From contig JAQGDQ010000494.1 of assembly GCA_030141605.1 (NCBI GenBank), positions 100,813 to 164,812 of the forward strand: 64,000 nt of DNA. Direction: 5' to 3'. Below are positions 26,960-38,763 of the stretch, piece by piece. Positions within the stretch are counted from its first letter, which is position 1; each line of letters opens with the position of its first letter. Under the pieces are notes generated by a model. That model made no database searches and was not told where the DNA came from. It saw nothing but the letters and a program-made list of their open reading frames with translations. The stretch comes from Tubiluchus corallicola. Its lineage: Eukaryota; Animalia; Priapulida. Position numbers and translations under genes: made by a program.

Positions 26960-27569
26960 AGTTCACTTCCCCCTTTAAAATAAGACCTTAGTCAGTTTGG
27001 CATTGCCGTTGTTTCAGTGAGATTGTAGGCATTGTTATCCGTTTACATTTCGTCGGTTTACTCAAAGTTTTTTTGCTCTTTTCGTTGTTCAATAGCCCCT
27101 AATTCGTTTCCGTTCGTGTCCTGCTCACACTGCAAAATTGTTGTCAGCTTTTCTGTTCAAAGATTCTATTGTCTAATGGTATATTAATCCAAGGTGCGCC
27201 ATTGTTCTTGTTGGTTATGTCTCCTCGACTGTATCTGGATTAGTCAAAGGGAAACCTTGCCCCGTGCAAGTTTCCTCTGTTTAACTAACGATAGACTACA
27301 AATTACAACTGGCTGGCAGAACAAATGAATCATGTCGTCCTTCTAGTCTGTATTGTCACATTATCTGTCTCAGTTAACAGCTTAATAAGTAGCGGAAATG
27401 GCAACTTAGTTGCCGCAAGAGGTGAAATATGTTCACTGTGACCTTTAGTGAGGATAGGTTTTATACTGTTGTTGTCGTCATTAACGCCGTCGGTGGTTGT
27501 TGTTGTTTCATTTCGCGTTGTAAATCCAAGAATTGTTTTGGGCGTACCAGACGTCACAACATTTTAACA

Positions 27570-27870
27570 GACTAGTCTAGTGGTAACGCGACCGCTTTCC
27601 GTCTGGGAGGTCGTGAGTTCGATACAGCGGCTAGATCATACCAGAGATGTTAAAAATGATACCGCTGTTGCTCTGCCTAGCGCGTGGTATTTAGGGTAAA
27701 AGTGGGATAATAGTAGTCTATGTTTTGTTGGTATAGACTGCTGTTAAATTTTACAGTCGGCGCAGAAGCTCTTTTGAGCTTGTGTTAATTCTTCATCCAA
27801 GAAAGCCGACTTTATATAAAGATTGTTGTTGTTGCCGTTGACGCTGCCGTTGTTGTTGTTGTTGTTATGT
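27570..27870 (+). mobile_element. tRNA-derived SINE (Meta/MESC-core-like)
   Basis: TAGTCTAGTGG A box, GTTCGATAC B box, core tcataccagagatgttaaaaatgataccgctgttgctctgcctagcgc and a (TTG)n tail. Confidence 0.75.
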
Positions 27871-28289
27871 TATTATAATCAATTACAGTTTAAGTTGCAA
27901 TGTTTTAGTCATTTTAGTTCATCAAGAAGGCCATTTTATTTCCTGATTTTATTGCTTTAGCTTGTTACTTATCTTGGTTTTAACATTTACCTTTTTTCCT
28001 TTCAAAAAAAGGGAACTTATTGGGATGTTAGACTAGTTAGCAATGTGCGACATCTACAGAGTGAGTGAGCGTACTGAATTAGGTCGCTTCCGCTTTGGCG
28101 TAATACATGGAAGCAAAGACCTTAATTACTGAGATAATAACAGCTTTAGTCAAACTTTTGTCTGCAGATAATCTTAAGAGCGTAATCAACGTCTTCCTAG
28201 TTCTTAACGCTCTTCTGATTACATGGTACAATCTTGACATTGGCAAGAACAGTGGACAGGGATAATGACGACAAGGACAGCTTGGCGGA

Positions 28290-28810
28290 CAGTGAAGGGA
28301 CAGTGAATGGACAGTAACAGTGAAGGGACGGTAACAGTGAAGGGAAGGTAACAGTGAAGGGAAGGTAACAGTGAAGGGACGGTAACAGTGAAGGGACGGT
28401 AACAGTAAAGGGACGGTAACAGTGAAGGGACGATAACAGTGAAGGGATGGTAACAGTGAAGGGACGGTAACAGAGGCATTGAAGGGACGGTAACAGAGGC
28501 AGTAAAGGGACGGTAGCAGTGAAGGGATGGTAACAGTGAAGGGATGGTAACAGTGAAGGGACGGTAACAGTGAAGGGATGGTAACAGTGAAGGGACGGTA
28601 ACAGTGAAGGGATTGTAACAGTGAAGTGACAGTAACAGTGAAGGGATGGTAACAGAGGCAGTGATGGAACAGTAACAGTGAGGGGATGGTAACAGAGGTA
28701 TTGAAGAGATGGTAACAGAGGCAATGAAGGGACGGTAACAGAGGCATTGAAGAGATGGTAACAGAGGCAATGAAGGGACTGTAACAGAGACAGTGAAGTA
28801 ACAGTAACGT
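28290..28810. repeat. 17-bp minisatellite (gtaacagtgaagggacg) with 23-bp variants
   Basis: About 25 tandem copies, which explain the three repetitive minus-strand ORFs. Confidence 0.95.
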
Positions 28811-28926
28811 GAACAGTAATGTGGACAATGGTCTGGGCAGAACTTGACGTGGTCAGATCTTTGTACAGCTATTCTTTTTTAACTTTGACTTTGTAGTTCA
28901 CATATATAGTTCAATATAAGAATAAA

Positions 28927-29002
28927 CTACTGTTGCTGCTGCTGCTACTGCTACTGCTACTATACCTACTGCTGCTGTTGCTGCTACTACTACTACTACT
29001 GC

Positions 29003-29053
<51 letters not shown>

Positions 29054-29103
29054 ACTGCTGCAACTATTGCTATTGCTGCTGCTGTTGCTACTGCTACTAC
29101 TAC
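28927..29103. repeat. (CTG)n/(CTA)n trinucleotide repeat
   Basis: Seen directly. Confidence 0.95.
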
Positions 29104-30098
29104 ATCAGTGAGGTGGACAGTAGCAAAAGACAACATGACAGGTTGTGAAAATAGTAATGTATGGACTATGGAGCATAGTAACTGATGCTGGTAGTGACAA
29201 TGTAATAACATGGATACTCTGAACAGTGTTGACATTAATGTTCATGGCAGTGACATCAATAGTAGTAGTAATAGCAGCGTCAACAACAGCAACAGCAACA
29301 GTAACACTATTTGCTGTCGAAATCAACTATAATCTGTCGTGCAGAGTTGTATGATACATCTATAACTGACGTAGCTAGCATTTAGTTGAAATGTATCTTC
29401 ATGTGAAATACATCTAGGCTATTGATATCCTAGAAAAATGAACTGTGGCACAATGTCGTTGCTTTATTGTTTCTCTGAGACTACAGTCCTCCAGGGATCT
29501 TCGTATATGAACTTATGAAGCCGGTTTTCGAATCCCCAGAGAAAATTCTTCTGTTACCGTTTTCGTGGTGCTTGTGTCCTTGCGAGTTTAGCTTGAGTGT
29601 GTTGTTGGTGATAGATGTTGTTATGAAAGTGAAATTAGCCTTGGCTTGTGCTCTGTTGTTGTATTTAACTGCTTTAAACGCCCTGCCTGAATCTTTGTTC
29701 CTTTGTAACGTGCCACACATTATCGTGCGAGGAAATCGAAAATTGCTCGGGGTGTCGATTTCGCCGCGTTCGTCGAGGTCGTGCACCTTTGTGTGAAATT
29801 GTGTGGACGACCCGACTGCGCGAATCGACACGTTGCGCAAAAACCGGATTGACGACTTTCGTATTGAAAAAACGCCGACATGGTGACTGAGTGTGACATA
29901 CCATTGTAGAATGATTATTATCCCAGACAAATTGCTCGTGTCGGGAAAATGATTATGATTCACAGAAGTGGAATTATCAGTTCAACTCTTTGGTTTACTA
30001 TAGTAATCATTTGCATTAGCAGTACGTAATTTGTGGTATACCGACGATATTATCAATGAGCAAACTTAACCGAATGTAGAAGGTAATGTGCGAAAAGT

Positions 30099-30174
30099 TG
30101 GGACTGGACTGGGATGTTAACCATCGACTTTTCAATTACAAGTCAGACATTATGACCACTAGACAACACAGTCC
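30099..30174 (-). pseudogene. Degenerate tRNA-like sequence or SINE head
   Basis: Minus strand reads ggactgtgttgtctagtggtcataatgtctgacttgtaattgaaaagtcgatggttaacatcccagtccagtcc. It has an A box, a degenerate B box and ggactg/cagtcc acceptor-stem pairing. Confidence 0.5.
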
Positions 30175-30359
30175 CTTGAGATCAGGTCCTAATAATGAAT
30201 TCAAAACCTTTTCCACATGGATAAGTGTTATTGTGGCCTACTCGCGCCATACAAAATTAGCTGCAATCTGGCCATCATGACGTTGAAATACAGAGCATAG
30301 CTAATTAACTGGTGCTATTGTTCGTTCGATACTTCCAGTTATGGAAAGTCTAGGTTACC

Positions 30360-30665
30360 AACAAAATTCTGACCCAACCTGCTCCATTGCTGGTTGTAAA
30401 CTACCAATTCTGGAAAATCAAGGTTTAAAACAAAGTTCTGATCGAACTTGCTCCATTGTTGGTTGTAAACTACCAATTCTAGAAAATCAAGGTTTAAAAC
30501 AATGTTCTGGCCGAACTTGCTCCATTGTTGGTTGTAAACTACCAATTCTAGAAAATCAAGGTTTAAAACAATGTTCTGACAGAACTTGCTCCATTGTTGG
30601 TTGGAAACTTCCAATTCTAGAAAATCAAGGTTTAAAACAGAGTTCTGACCGAACTTATTCCAAGC
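30360..30665. repeat. 69-bp tandem repeat, about 4.3 copies
   Basis: tgctccattgttggttgtaaactaccaattctagaaaatcaaggtttaaaac repeats; the overlapping ORFs show 23-aa periodicity. Confidence 0.95.
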
Positions 30666-31909
30666 TGCCACAACATTCCACTATATCCATACCCAGTCTA
30701 CAAGGTACAAGACATGCCCATGGGGCAGCTTAAATGTGATTATAAGAACATCATCATTTGGTCAGCGCGACAGACAAAGTTTCAAGTTCCTAATTTTAAA
30801 TTGTCATTTGCCCCCCCCCCTCCCCCGGAGGAATCCATTAGTCATTTAATCTCGTCGAACGTCTAGCACTTTGTCACTCTATAGGTCGTGATTCATCATT
30901 CAACAACTGTTTATAGCCTGTCTATATTGTTAAGTGCTTGTGGCAGGACCAGGATTTCCTATACCACAAATTCCTCTGAGATTTTCAAATTCACACAAAA
31001 TCGCCCGAGTCTTTTTGGCGCTTTTCAAATGTATAAACACACTTCTTCAAAAAGCAATATGGCTGGTTAAACTTCCCGGTAGAGATTGTCCCAATGATCA
31101 CCTATCATTTTGCCAACCAAACTCATTTGGCTTAACTGTCAAGTTCACGTTGACTGACCACTCGGTTATTTCATTTCCCATATTTTCGTTAAAACAGTAG
31201 TCGAGCAATTTATATTATTATTATTATCATTAACATCATTTATTTTCGAACACACATGTACAGTTAAGTTACATGATTCAATTAAAACAAATGAGTAGAC
31301 TAATAGTAAACGTAAAATAACTGTTAAATGCTGACGACAACAACAACAAGGAAACAAGCACAGATATTATTTATATACAAGAAGACAAAGCAATTAATTT
31401 AAAAAGACACCGCACGCTCTAACATTTCTCCCAGTTGATACTTTGGTAAGAAATTAAAATTTTTGTTTTCCGTACAACCTAAACAATTTTTTGCTAAGTT
31501 TATTGTCACTAGCTGCCTGGAACTTAACTCACATCCTTTTACAATTTCACTATTATATATACTATCCTTTATTAATGATAGTTTTGAAACATAATAATTA
31601 TCATAGCACTTGTGTGTCGAATTGAACTGCATGCAATCTGGCTTAATTGCTCACATTTAATAGCACTTTCAAAAATCGTATCGCCGACATTTATGGGTTA
31701 ATTTCAACTTGACATTAATCTTTAAAGACAAATATGGAGTTAAGTGACGCCCCATTAAGATAGCGCAGACATAGCGAGATAATTCTTGGTGACGGATATA
31801 ATAATAATAATAAATGTTTATTTGAAATAGTTATTTACAATCCTTCTATTTGTAGGGAAGATTTTCACAAAAACACTTTATAACATTATTTATTTCGTTA
31901 AACTTTTAA

Positions 31910-32493
31910 CCCTTATAGGGTCACTGGGGGTAAAAAATTACCCCAAGACCGGTTTTTTGCATTTTACCCTTTTACCATACACATCCCCAGTAAAGCTTTT
32001 CTATGACTTTTTCTAAATATGTTTTGTGAACAAAACACTTTCACGAAATAAAAGTGAAAATGCAATATGTCGATTTGCGATATATTCGAGAGGTGGCAAA
32101 TTGTGCTGAAAATCGGCGTGGTTGTTTTGTGGCCATGTCAGTTACTCGAATTACTCCACTTAAAAGAAGAAAGTAGTAGATAATAAATTCAAAATAACAA
32201 TGATTTTTGCACACGCGCTAGCAATGTCGGTTCTCTACAGTTATTCCAGCATAGATAAGGGAACGTAACTAAGTGAATTTAAATTTCGTATTACTAGTAA
32301 GTCACGTGTCTTTAAGCAGAGGTACAATGTATCCTATGCTGGTCAGCATAACCACAAATTATGCTGTTGCTGTTTACTAATGAAACACGGCGGTTTATCA
32401 AAAGTAATTTACGAATTATGGTGGGGGTAATTTTTTATCCCCCCCCCCCCGTTTATCAAAATCGGCTGTAAAAAAATCGTGACCCTATAAGGG
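31910..32493. mobile_element. Non-autonomous piggyBac-like element (584 bp)
   Basis: TTAA TSD at 31906-31909 and 32494-32497. Perfect 15-bp TIR cccttatagggtcac / gtgaccctataaggg with subterminal ggggtaa motifs. Confidence 0.9.
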
Positions 32494-33319
32494 TTAAATG
32501 GATGAAGGCCTAAGGTTACGACAAACGATGTATGAAATTCGCACAATTTTCATTAGTTTTACCAGACTTAAAATTTTCCAATGATATTATAACAAAAGAA
32601 AGACGACAAAATATTTATTCAGACTAATGTTTGCGATAATATTTATTGGCATTGTAATCGTTTTTTCACGATTATTTCCTTTACGATCTTTATAAAAATT
32701 TACATTCACGAATGTTCCTTTCACTTATTATCACTCTCAAATTCAAAGATGAAATTCGGTTATGCAGTGAGTAAAGAATGACATTAGTTACGAAACGATT
32801 AGTAAAACGCTACGCGACAAAGAAATGAACAGAACAGGATGAAAAGAAAAAAGGAATAAAATGTTTAATAAAAATTCTCAGAAAAGCATCGTGAAAACTG
32901 TTTTTTAAATTTTAGTGTCTTTATAGTGTTAATATAAATGTTTGTAATTACTAATTAAGCACACCACGGAAATAAAAGATCACTGGACTCCTACACAAAG
33001 CTCAAAAGAAAAACTCTAAGTAAGTGCACAATAACAACACAAACAAGGACACAAGACAAAAACCACAAATGCGCAAAATATGGCTAATCACACACGAATT
33101 AAAATGGAAATAATTGCCTGCTAGCACAACTTCAACAGTTCCTCGAATGTATAAAGATATATTCCGGTAAATTGTTAGTAGTGTGCTAGAACGTAAGAAG
33201 ATTTGCGCAAAGTGCAAAATTAGCAGTGGAAATTGCTGAGAATTAAAGTATTACTAGTATTTTCTTTACACATGAGCTTGATTTTTAAATGACTTAATGA
33301 ATAAAGCATGCAGTTTAGC

Positions 33320-33550
33320 TAGTACATGTAGTAGTAGTACTAGTAGTGGAAGTGGTTGTAGTGGTAGCGGCAATGGTAGTGGTGGTAGTAGTGGTAGTGG
33401 TGTTAGTAGTAGTGGTAGTAGTAGTGGTAGTGATAGTAGTAGTAGTAGTGGTAGTGGCAATGGTAGTGGCAGTAGTAGTGGTAGTGATAGTAGTAGTAAT
33501 AGTAGTAGTGGTGGTAGTGGCAATGGTAGTGGCAGCAGCAACAACAGCAG
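33320..33550. repeat. (GTA/GTG)n low-complexity repeat
   Basis: Seen directly. Confidence 0.9.
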
Positions 33551-35747
33551 TTTATTGACAAAGATTATCATGTTATGCGGAGTGGAACATTGTGTAGTAG
33601 AATAACAGCATCTATGTTATGTCCAGGAAAAGATGTGGTTTAACATCAGTGTAAAACAAACATAACAACATAACAAAACAAAAACAACCAAAGTTTGTGT
33701 ACCAGACCAAAGCATATGTGTTGTGCACAAAGTACATCATGTTAAACGTAAAAATATGTTAAAAAGTGACAAGTTACCCTCTACTTCCAGCATACACAAG
33801 TTGGTACATTCTGGTGTGGAAAAAATGGACCACACAGTGTTTTGGTTCATCAGTTTTTCCAGTTTGTTTATCGCTGTCCAAATATGTAAGTCATTGTCAT
33901 AATCCACGAATGATTATTTATGAATTCTGTCGAGGGTTATTAGACTTGCTAATATCGATTTGAAAACTACACGGTCTCTATTATGCTCGTGGGTCGTTTA
34001 CCCTGTCATGATAATGGCGCGCGTGGTGTTCGGCAGTGCCACCTGTCGCACTGTAAGGCCATTATCCCGCATCTAAATGACCGCGTTGCTAAGTAATCAA
34101 TGCAAATTAAACATCGAATGATTAATATGCATAATGCATTACAGCGATTACATTAATAAATGATATCCTTTTTATTGGCTTAGCTGTATGACTAACTGAA
34201 GCTTTAAGTGGCTTCATTATTTGTGTTTATTTGTCCCAGTCAAACCGCAAGGCACTCGAGGTGGAAAATGCTAAAATTGCACCAATTCTTCCCTCAGACT
34301 GTCATGCTCTGGAGAAATTTACTGTATTAATGTTTCACAGTTCTGGTTGCTTAGAACATTAGTATATGAATATTATGTCCCCTTGATGCAGAGTGTTTTA
34401 TCTGGAACTGCACACTCAGCAAAACATGTTGCTTTGAACTCACCCCAACCGTGCAAATATTTCTTTTCGTAAGTAGTTTGGATAAAATTTGGTCACTTCC
34501 CATGACTCATAACTATGGAGTAGCTTGGGTTTGAAGAGGCACCAGTTAATAATTGTCATAATTCAAAACAGTAGATGTCGTCACACTGTACGTAGTGTAC
34601 TGTTAGCGACATCGTTAGCAGTGTTTGTGTCGCCATCTGTTAAAGTTCTGTGGTTTCACTTAAAAGTAGTGTATCTTTAATGATCACAAACTTGTTTGCT
34701 TTTTCCTTTTGTTTCATTTTCTTCTTTTTATCATCTTTCTCCGCCTCTTTCTTTAATCCCAACTCTTGTAGGTGTTTGCATTGGTTTTCGTTTTTTTTAC
34801 TTTTTTTATCACGTTTTCATTCTTCTGCCTGTCCTCTTTTTTCTTTTTTAACATTTTCCATTTCTTTTTCTTTCATAAACATATTTTGACATTTCCATTT
34901 GAAGTTTCTTATTTTCTGTTCTTAAAACAAGACTGTTACTATTAATATTTACAAAGCTCATTTAAGGACATTCCTGTAGAGCGGTAATTCGTCAATTCTT
35001 ATAGAGTGGTAACTCATTAATTCATAAAAGTCATTTGATCCCATTGACACGATCCTTATCTCCAACATGTAATTATTTTCATTTATCATATATATTGTAA
35101 ACCTGTGTCAAAATTTAAATGAGATTGAATTTCTGGTTGAACAAAATTCACTATTATTCAAAGAAAGACCTTCGTACGGGGCGGGGCATAAAAAAGTTCA
35201 TCAATTTACCTGTCAGCTGCCGGGTTAATTTCAGACCTCACCTGAGATGTAATTTTCTGATACGAGCATCGAAAATTTTGTTGGTTAGAGGGCGTTGTTT
35301 GAGGTTTTGCTTTGGGTATAACGTTGTACAATAACAGTTTAAACTCAAAAATTTCCACCGTTCTCCAGAAAAAGAATTGTCTAGGCATGGTGTGTTCTCT
35401 CCACATAGGTCAATTAGGCCTTAATAGGCCTCTAAACATTCAGCGCAACTGTAGCCTGCTTTCGCTAGATTAATACACTTCAAAGTTTTGACGCATAGTA
35501 GCTAGCTTGTTCTCGTATAGAAAGTACAGGAAGATATTATAAAATTTGTAAGATTGTAAGACTTATTGGTGTACAAAGAACATTAACAAGAACACAAATT
35601 ACAATAGCAACGATGACAAAGACAATGACATCTGCTATGGCGCATGATGACTATGGATAACAAAGAACTACAAGTTACAAATTAATGTACGTTAAAACCA
35701 CAATTTGTACGTTAAAGCAATTACACTCATATTATAAAAATTATTAT

Positions 35748-36103
35748 TCTTGTTGTTGGCATCCTTTTGTCTCGGAAGACAATGGAATGTCCGCCAAGAG
35801 AGTCCGATCCTTGAGCGTCTCCACGCCTGGGGCTGCACGCCTGGGCAAGGCGTATGGAGATCCTGAGTTGCCCAGACCGCAGGAACCCCCTCTCTTCCTC
35901 CCTGGTGTAGTCCAAAGGAAAGCAGAGCGATACGTTTGGCATCAGGTTGGCTGCAGGAGCTGCCGGAGTCAGTGAGCCTGTACTGGTCCGCCTTCCGGGC
36001 TCCACTCCTGATTTTACTCCTCTACACATGGCCGTTGGGTCACCTGACCTCCTTCGCCCTCTAGCCGTTAGCCGCCTGTACAGCTCCTCCGCCTAGTTGT
36101 TAT
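35748..36103 (+). mobile_element. GC-rich non-autonomous retroposon with 18-bp TSD (RTE 5'UTR-like)
   Basis: tattataaaaattattat flanks both sides (35730-35747 and 36104-36121). Sharply GC-rich and starts gttgttggcatcc...gtctcggaagacaatgg. Confidence 0.7.
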
Positions 36104-36199
36104 TATTATAAAAATTATTATAAAAAAGGGGGAAATAGGGGGAACTTTGTCCGTAAGAGCTTAATATTCAAACGTATACTAATCAATTAATTAGATTGA

Positions 36200-36560
36200 A
36201 CGGCACTACATTGCTATCCCAGTGTGCACAACTGATTCACCAAGAAAAATACATTATTTATTTTACTGACAAGATATGGTAAATTAAGCTTTTGCTTGGT
36301 TAGTGAATAGTGTGCTACAAATACTCGGATTATTTTTCAAACTTCACGCATTGTTATGTAAACTTATTTCCAAAGACGTACCATTAAAATGGCTGCACCT
36401 AAGGATCATCGCGGTTTAAATTTTTAAGTTTTATACAGCGTTACTGCTAACCCAAGCTCTGTGCACAATAAGACAGCATGTAAGTGATATAAGATTTCAG
36501 GACGGATTTTTTAAGCTTCGTTTGTGAAGAGTGTTCTTGCCAGTTAACTGTTCTCTTACG
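36200..36560 (+). mobile_element. Dispersed repeat family C copy
   Basis: cccagtgtgcac...aaaatggctg...cagcgttactgctaac...gtaagtgata is shared with other copies. Confidence 0.65.
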
Positions 36561-38118
36561 AGAATGTTTACTAATACGTTTTGCACTGTTTGATTACATA
36601 ATAAATGATGATGATGATGATCTTTACATCGAGATCGTAATAATTAACTAATTATGCATGGATTTTTTTCTCAAAATTAATCAACGATTGGCCTCGGTTT
36701 GTTTTTAAGTTCAATTTTCAAGTTCAAACTGGTTCTTTTGAAACGTCAGAGTATCATTTTTATTCAGAATTGTCAAAAATGGATCTACAGAGAAGTTCAA
36801 CAAGTATCCAACGGGAATTGCCCAAGTCATCCCTCTAGGAACTGAACAGATCTGATATTAGTTGCTACAGTAACGATTTACGCGTTGCCTTCACTGTGTT
36901 GGCCAGTGTGGAGTTTTGCACAACAGACCTATATTTCTCTTTCTCCACTGACTCGGTAACATTGAATGAATCGTGCTATTTATTCACCGATGCCAGTTTT
37001 CGCTTTGTGCATTCGTGGTTCGTGCGTAATTGCACCCCCTGAATTATTGCTTATTGGTCAGTCGTAATTGCTATTTATACTCTCAGCTAGAGCGTAGCGT
37101 TTGTAATTACGTTTGTACGTGTGTGATTGCGACTATGTTATGATTACATGTTATTTGCCGCGAGAATATTATTTGTTGCAATTTTTATGTCACCAAACCT
37201 CTCGCCTGCGCGTCACTTCACCTTAATCCATCATTCACTTTATTGCAGTTAATCCATCATTCAATTCATTGCGGTCTTCCCGTCACCTTCGTCCAAGGCT
37301 CTTGCCAAGGCAACAAAAATACGTGTGACTTTCTAATTTCATTGTCTGTTTTTCTTAAACCTACGTCTAAAATTATTTGCCATTTTACGTGATTATTTGC
37401 CAAACACAGTTAAGTTCATTCCTATCTCGATTGCCTGACGGTTCGTATGGAACAAACAGTTGCAATGGTAAAGAGAGAAAAGTGGATAAAATAACGTAGG
37501 TGATACGTATTGTTTACTTTTACTGACTGTCTATAGTAAGTGACGTCATCCTGCCAGGAAGCAGAAAAACTCAAGCAAGATGACTGGCTTCCTCATTCAC
37601 ATGATTTTGATTGATGGCGCATCAGTTTTATTGAGTTTCTATCACTTAAATCACCCGTACTTACGTAGTGCTACTTAAGCCACCCGTACTTACGTAGGCA
37701 AAGTTTCTGGTCAAAGAACTTTGAGTCAATTTTTAGTGAAACTTTTTTCTGAACTTCATGATTGAATTCGTTTAATGTTTGAGCCACTTTATCTCGATTT
37801 TGCATCGAAGACAGCGGAGAGAAAGAGAGCAATGTGGAACGAGTGGCTTGTTATTGTTGTTGTTGTTGCAGTACAGGACATTGCATAAATGAATAAAGTG
37901 ACAGCTAACTGGGTGAATTCTGGTGGCGACATCTAGTCCCAAACAGACTTGAACCAGTGTTTATGTATCATTATGTAACATTATTTCTCCATTAGGTGAA
38001 GTCTGCAAATTATAGGCGCAGTGTTTTTTGGCATCTGTGTCGCATTGTGAACAAATTGACAGTTTATGCAATACTTGGAAGACTGGGTCTATTGTTTGCG
38101 CATTAGTATAAAAGACAG

Positions 38119-38493
38119 TAGGGACGAGCAGTAGGGACGGAGAATTCGAATCGAGTCGAATTTGTAACTTTCGAATTCGAATCAAACCGAATTTAGGTAT
38201 TTCGATTCGAATTGAGTAGGAACGATTTTCGAACAAGTTTTCGAATCACTAGTTAAAAGTGCACTTTCAAAGATCACTCATATTACTCGATTTTGTTCTG
38301 CAGCAAAACCGCTAATAAGTTTGTTGAAAATTTTGTACAGAAACTGCAGCTAAATTGTACTAATTGTATGCTTTTTCTAACACTTAATGGCAAACAACGT
38401 GTCTGCTGAATTATTCGAATCTAACTGAATTGAAAAAACTCGTTCGAATGGAATTCTAACTTTGGAACTCGAACGTTCGATGCTCACCGCTAA
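38119..38493 (-). mobile_element. TTCGAA-rich MITE, family A copy 3
   Basis: tagggacgagca ... cgaacgttcgatgctcaccgcta; interior homologous to 15695-16053. Confidence 0.8.
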
Positions 38494-38703
38494 CAAACAA
38501 TTGAAACACATTATTATGCACGTAGAATCAAATAGATAGTAAATTATGTTAATTTCCGATTCTGCATTATAATATGCAAATTTTTACTGCATCAGCATGC
38601 AGTTCTGTTGTTCTGGATTAAGGGGCTTGTCTCACTAGTTTTTCATTTTTGTGCCTTCTCCAAAAAATAACTGTACTACGCAGTTTATACACAGGTTACA
38701 AAA

Positions 38704-38763
38704 TGTGGCGTAGCACAAGGATGCATCCAAGGTCCGTTGCTCTTTTTTCTCTATATTAATGAA
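38704..38763 (+). pseudogene. Non-LTR reverse transcriptase motif remnant
   Basis: Translates as CGVAQGCIQGPLLFFLYINE (compare GVPQGSxLGPLLFxxYIND). Confidence 0.7.

Noticed and set aside
28079-28828. Long repetitive ORFs (249, 175 and 183 aa)
   Set aside because: By-product of a 17-bp minisatellite that lacks stop codons on that strand.
30339-30733. 23-aa repeat ORFs on both strands (LRR-like appearance)
   Set aside because: A 69-bp tandem repeat with no flanking coding sequence or convincing splice sites.
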